From an uncultured delta proteobacterium (GTDB lineage Bacteria > Desulfobacterota > Binatia > UBA9968), in contig CAWDPO010000036.1 of the NCBI GenBank assembly GCA_963804165.1, forward strand, positions 32,001 to 96,000: 64,000 bases of DNA, given 5' to 3'. Below, piece after piece: positions 63,789 through 64,000 of the stretch. The first letter of the stretch is position 1, and each line of letters opens with the position of its first letter. The translations under genes were made by a program, and so were the position numbers. Below the pieces are notes generated by a model. The model ran no database searches. It saw only the letters and a list, made by a program, of their open reading frames with translations, and had not been told where the DNA came from.

Positions 63789-64000
63789 TTTTCGACGGAC
63801 TTTTCTTGATGGTCTGTATTGCTGATGTTAGTTTTTGAAGGGCGTTGCCTGGCGTCGCTCAGTTGTCTAACTGTGCTGCCGTGGCGCATCGACGCCACGG
63901 CTTTATCAACAGCGCGTTGAGCAGCGTTGCTAGGGCGAGAGTGAAAAACAGGATCCACATGACGCCCGTGTAGCTTTGACTACGATCGTACATCGCCCCG

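Overview
Bacterial chromosomal window, GC-rich and gene-dense. The nine orphan SsuA/NMT1-type binding proteins, Bug/TctC receptor, cupins and amidohydrolases suggest a Candidatus Binatia-like organism (inference only). It holds many catabolic and transport genes, a CymR-like-regulated assimilatory sulfur/siroheme operon with a cysN remnant, a one-directional accessory gene stack with an orphan LanC-like gene, a REP-flanked RAYT transposase and many intergenic palindromic repeats. The strongest signal is an IS1111-type (IS110 family) element at 6405-7720 inserted into a REP-like palindrome. Its core, sub-terminal inverted repeats, circle-junction promoter and a bridge/seekRNA-like non-coding end with guides matching target and donor can all be read from the sequence. 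A second oddity is a ~93 bp internal inversion in a GNAT gene. Clustered single-base frameshifts and a 183-nt poly-A run point to long-read consensus errors, so broken genes are probably not true pseudogenes. No rRNA, tRNA or CRISPR array was seen.
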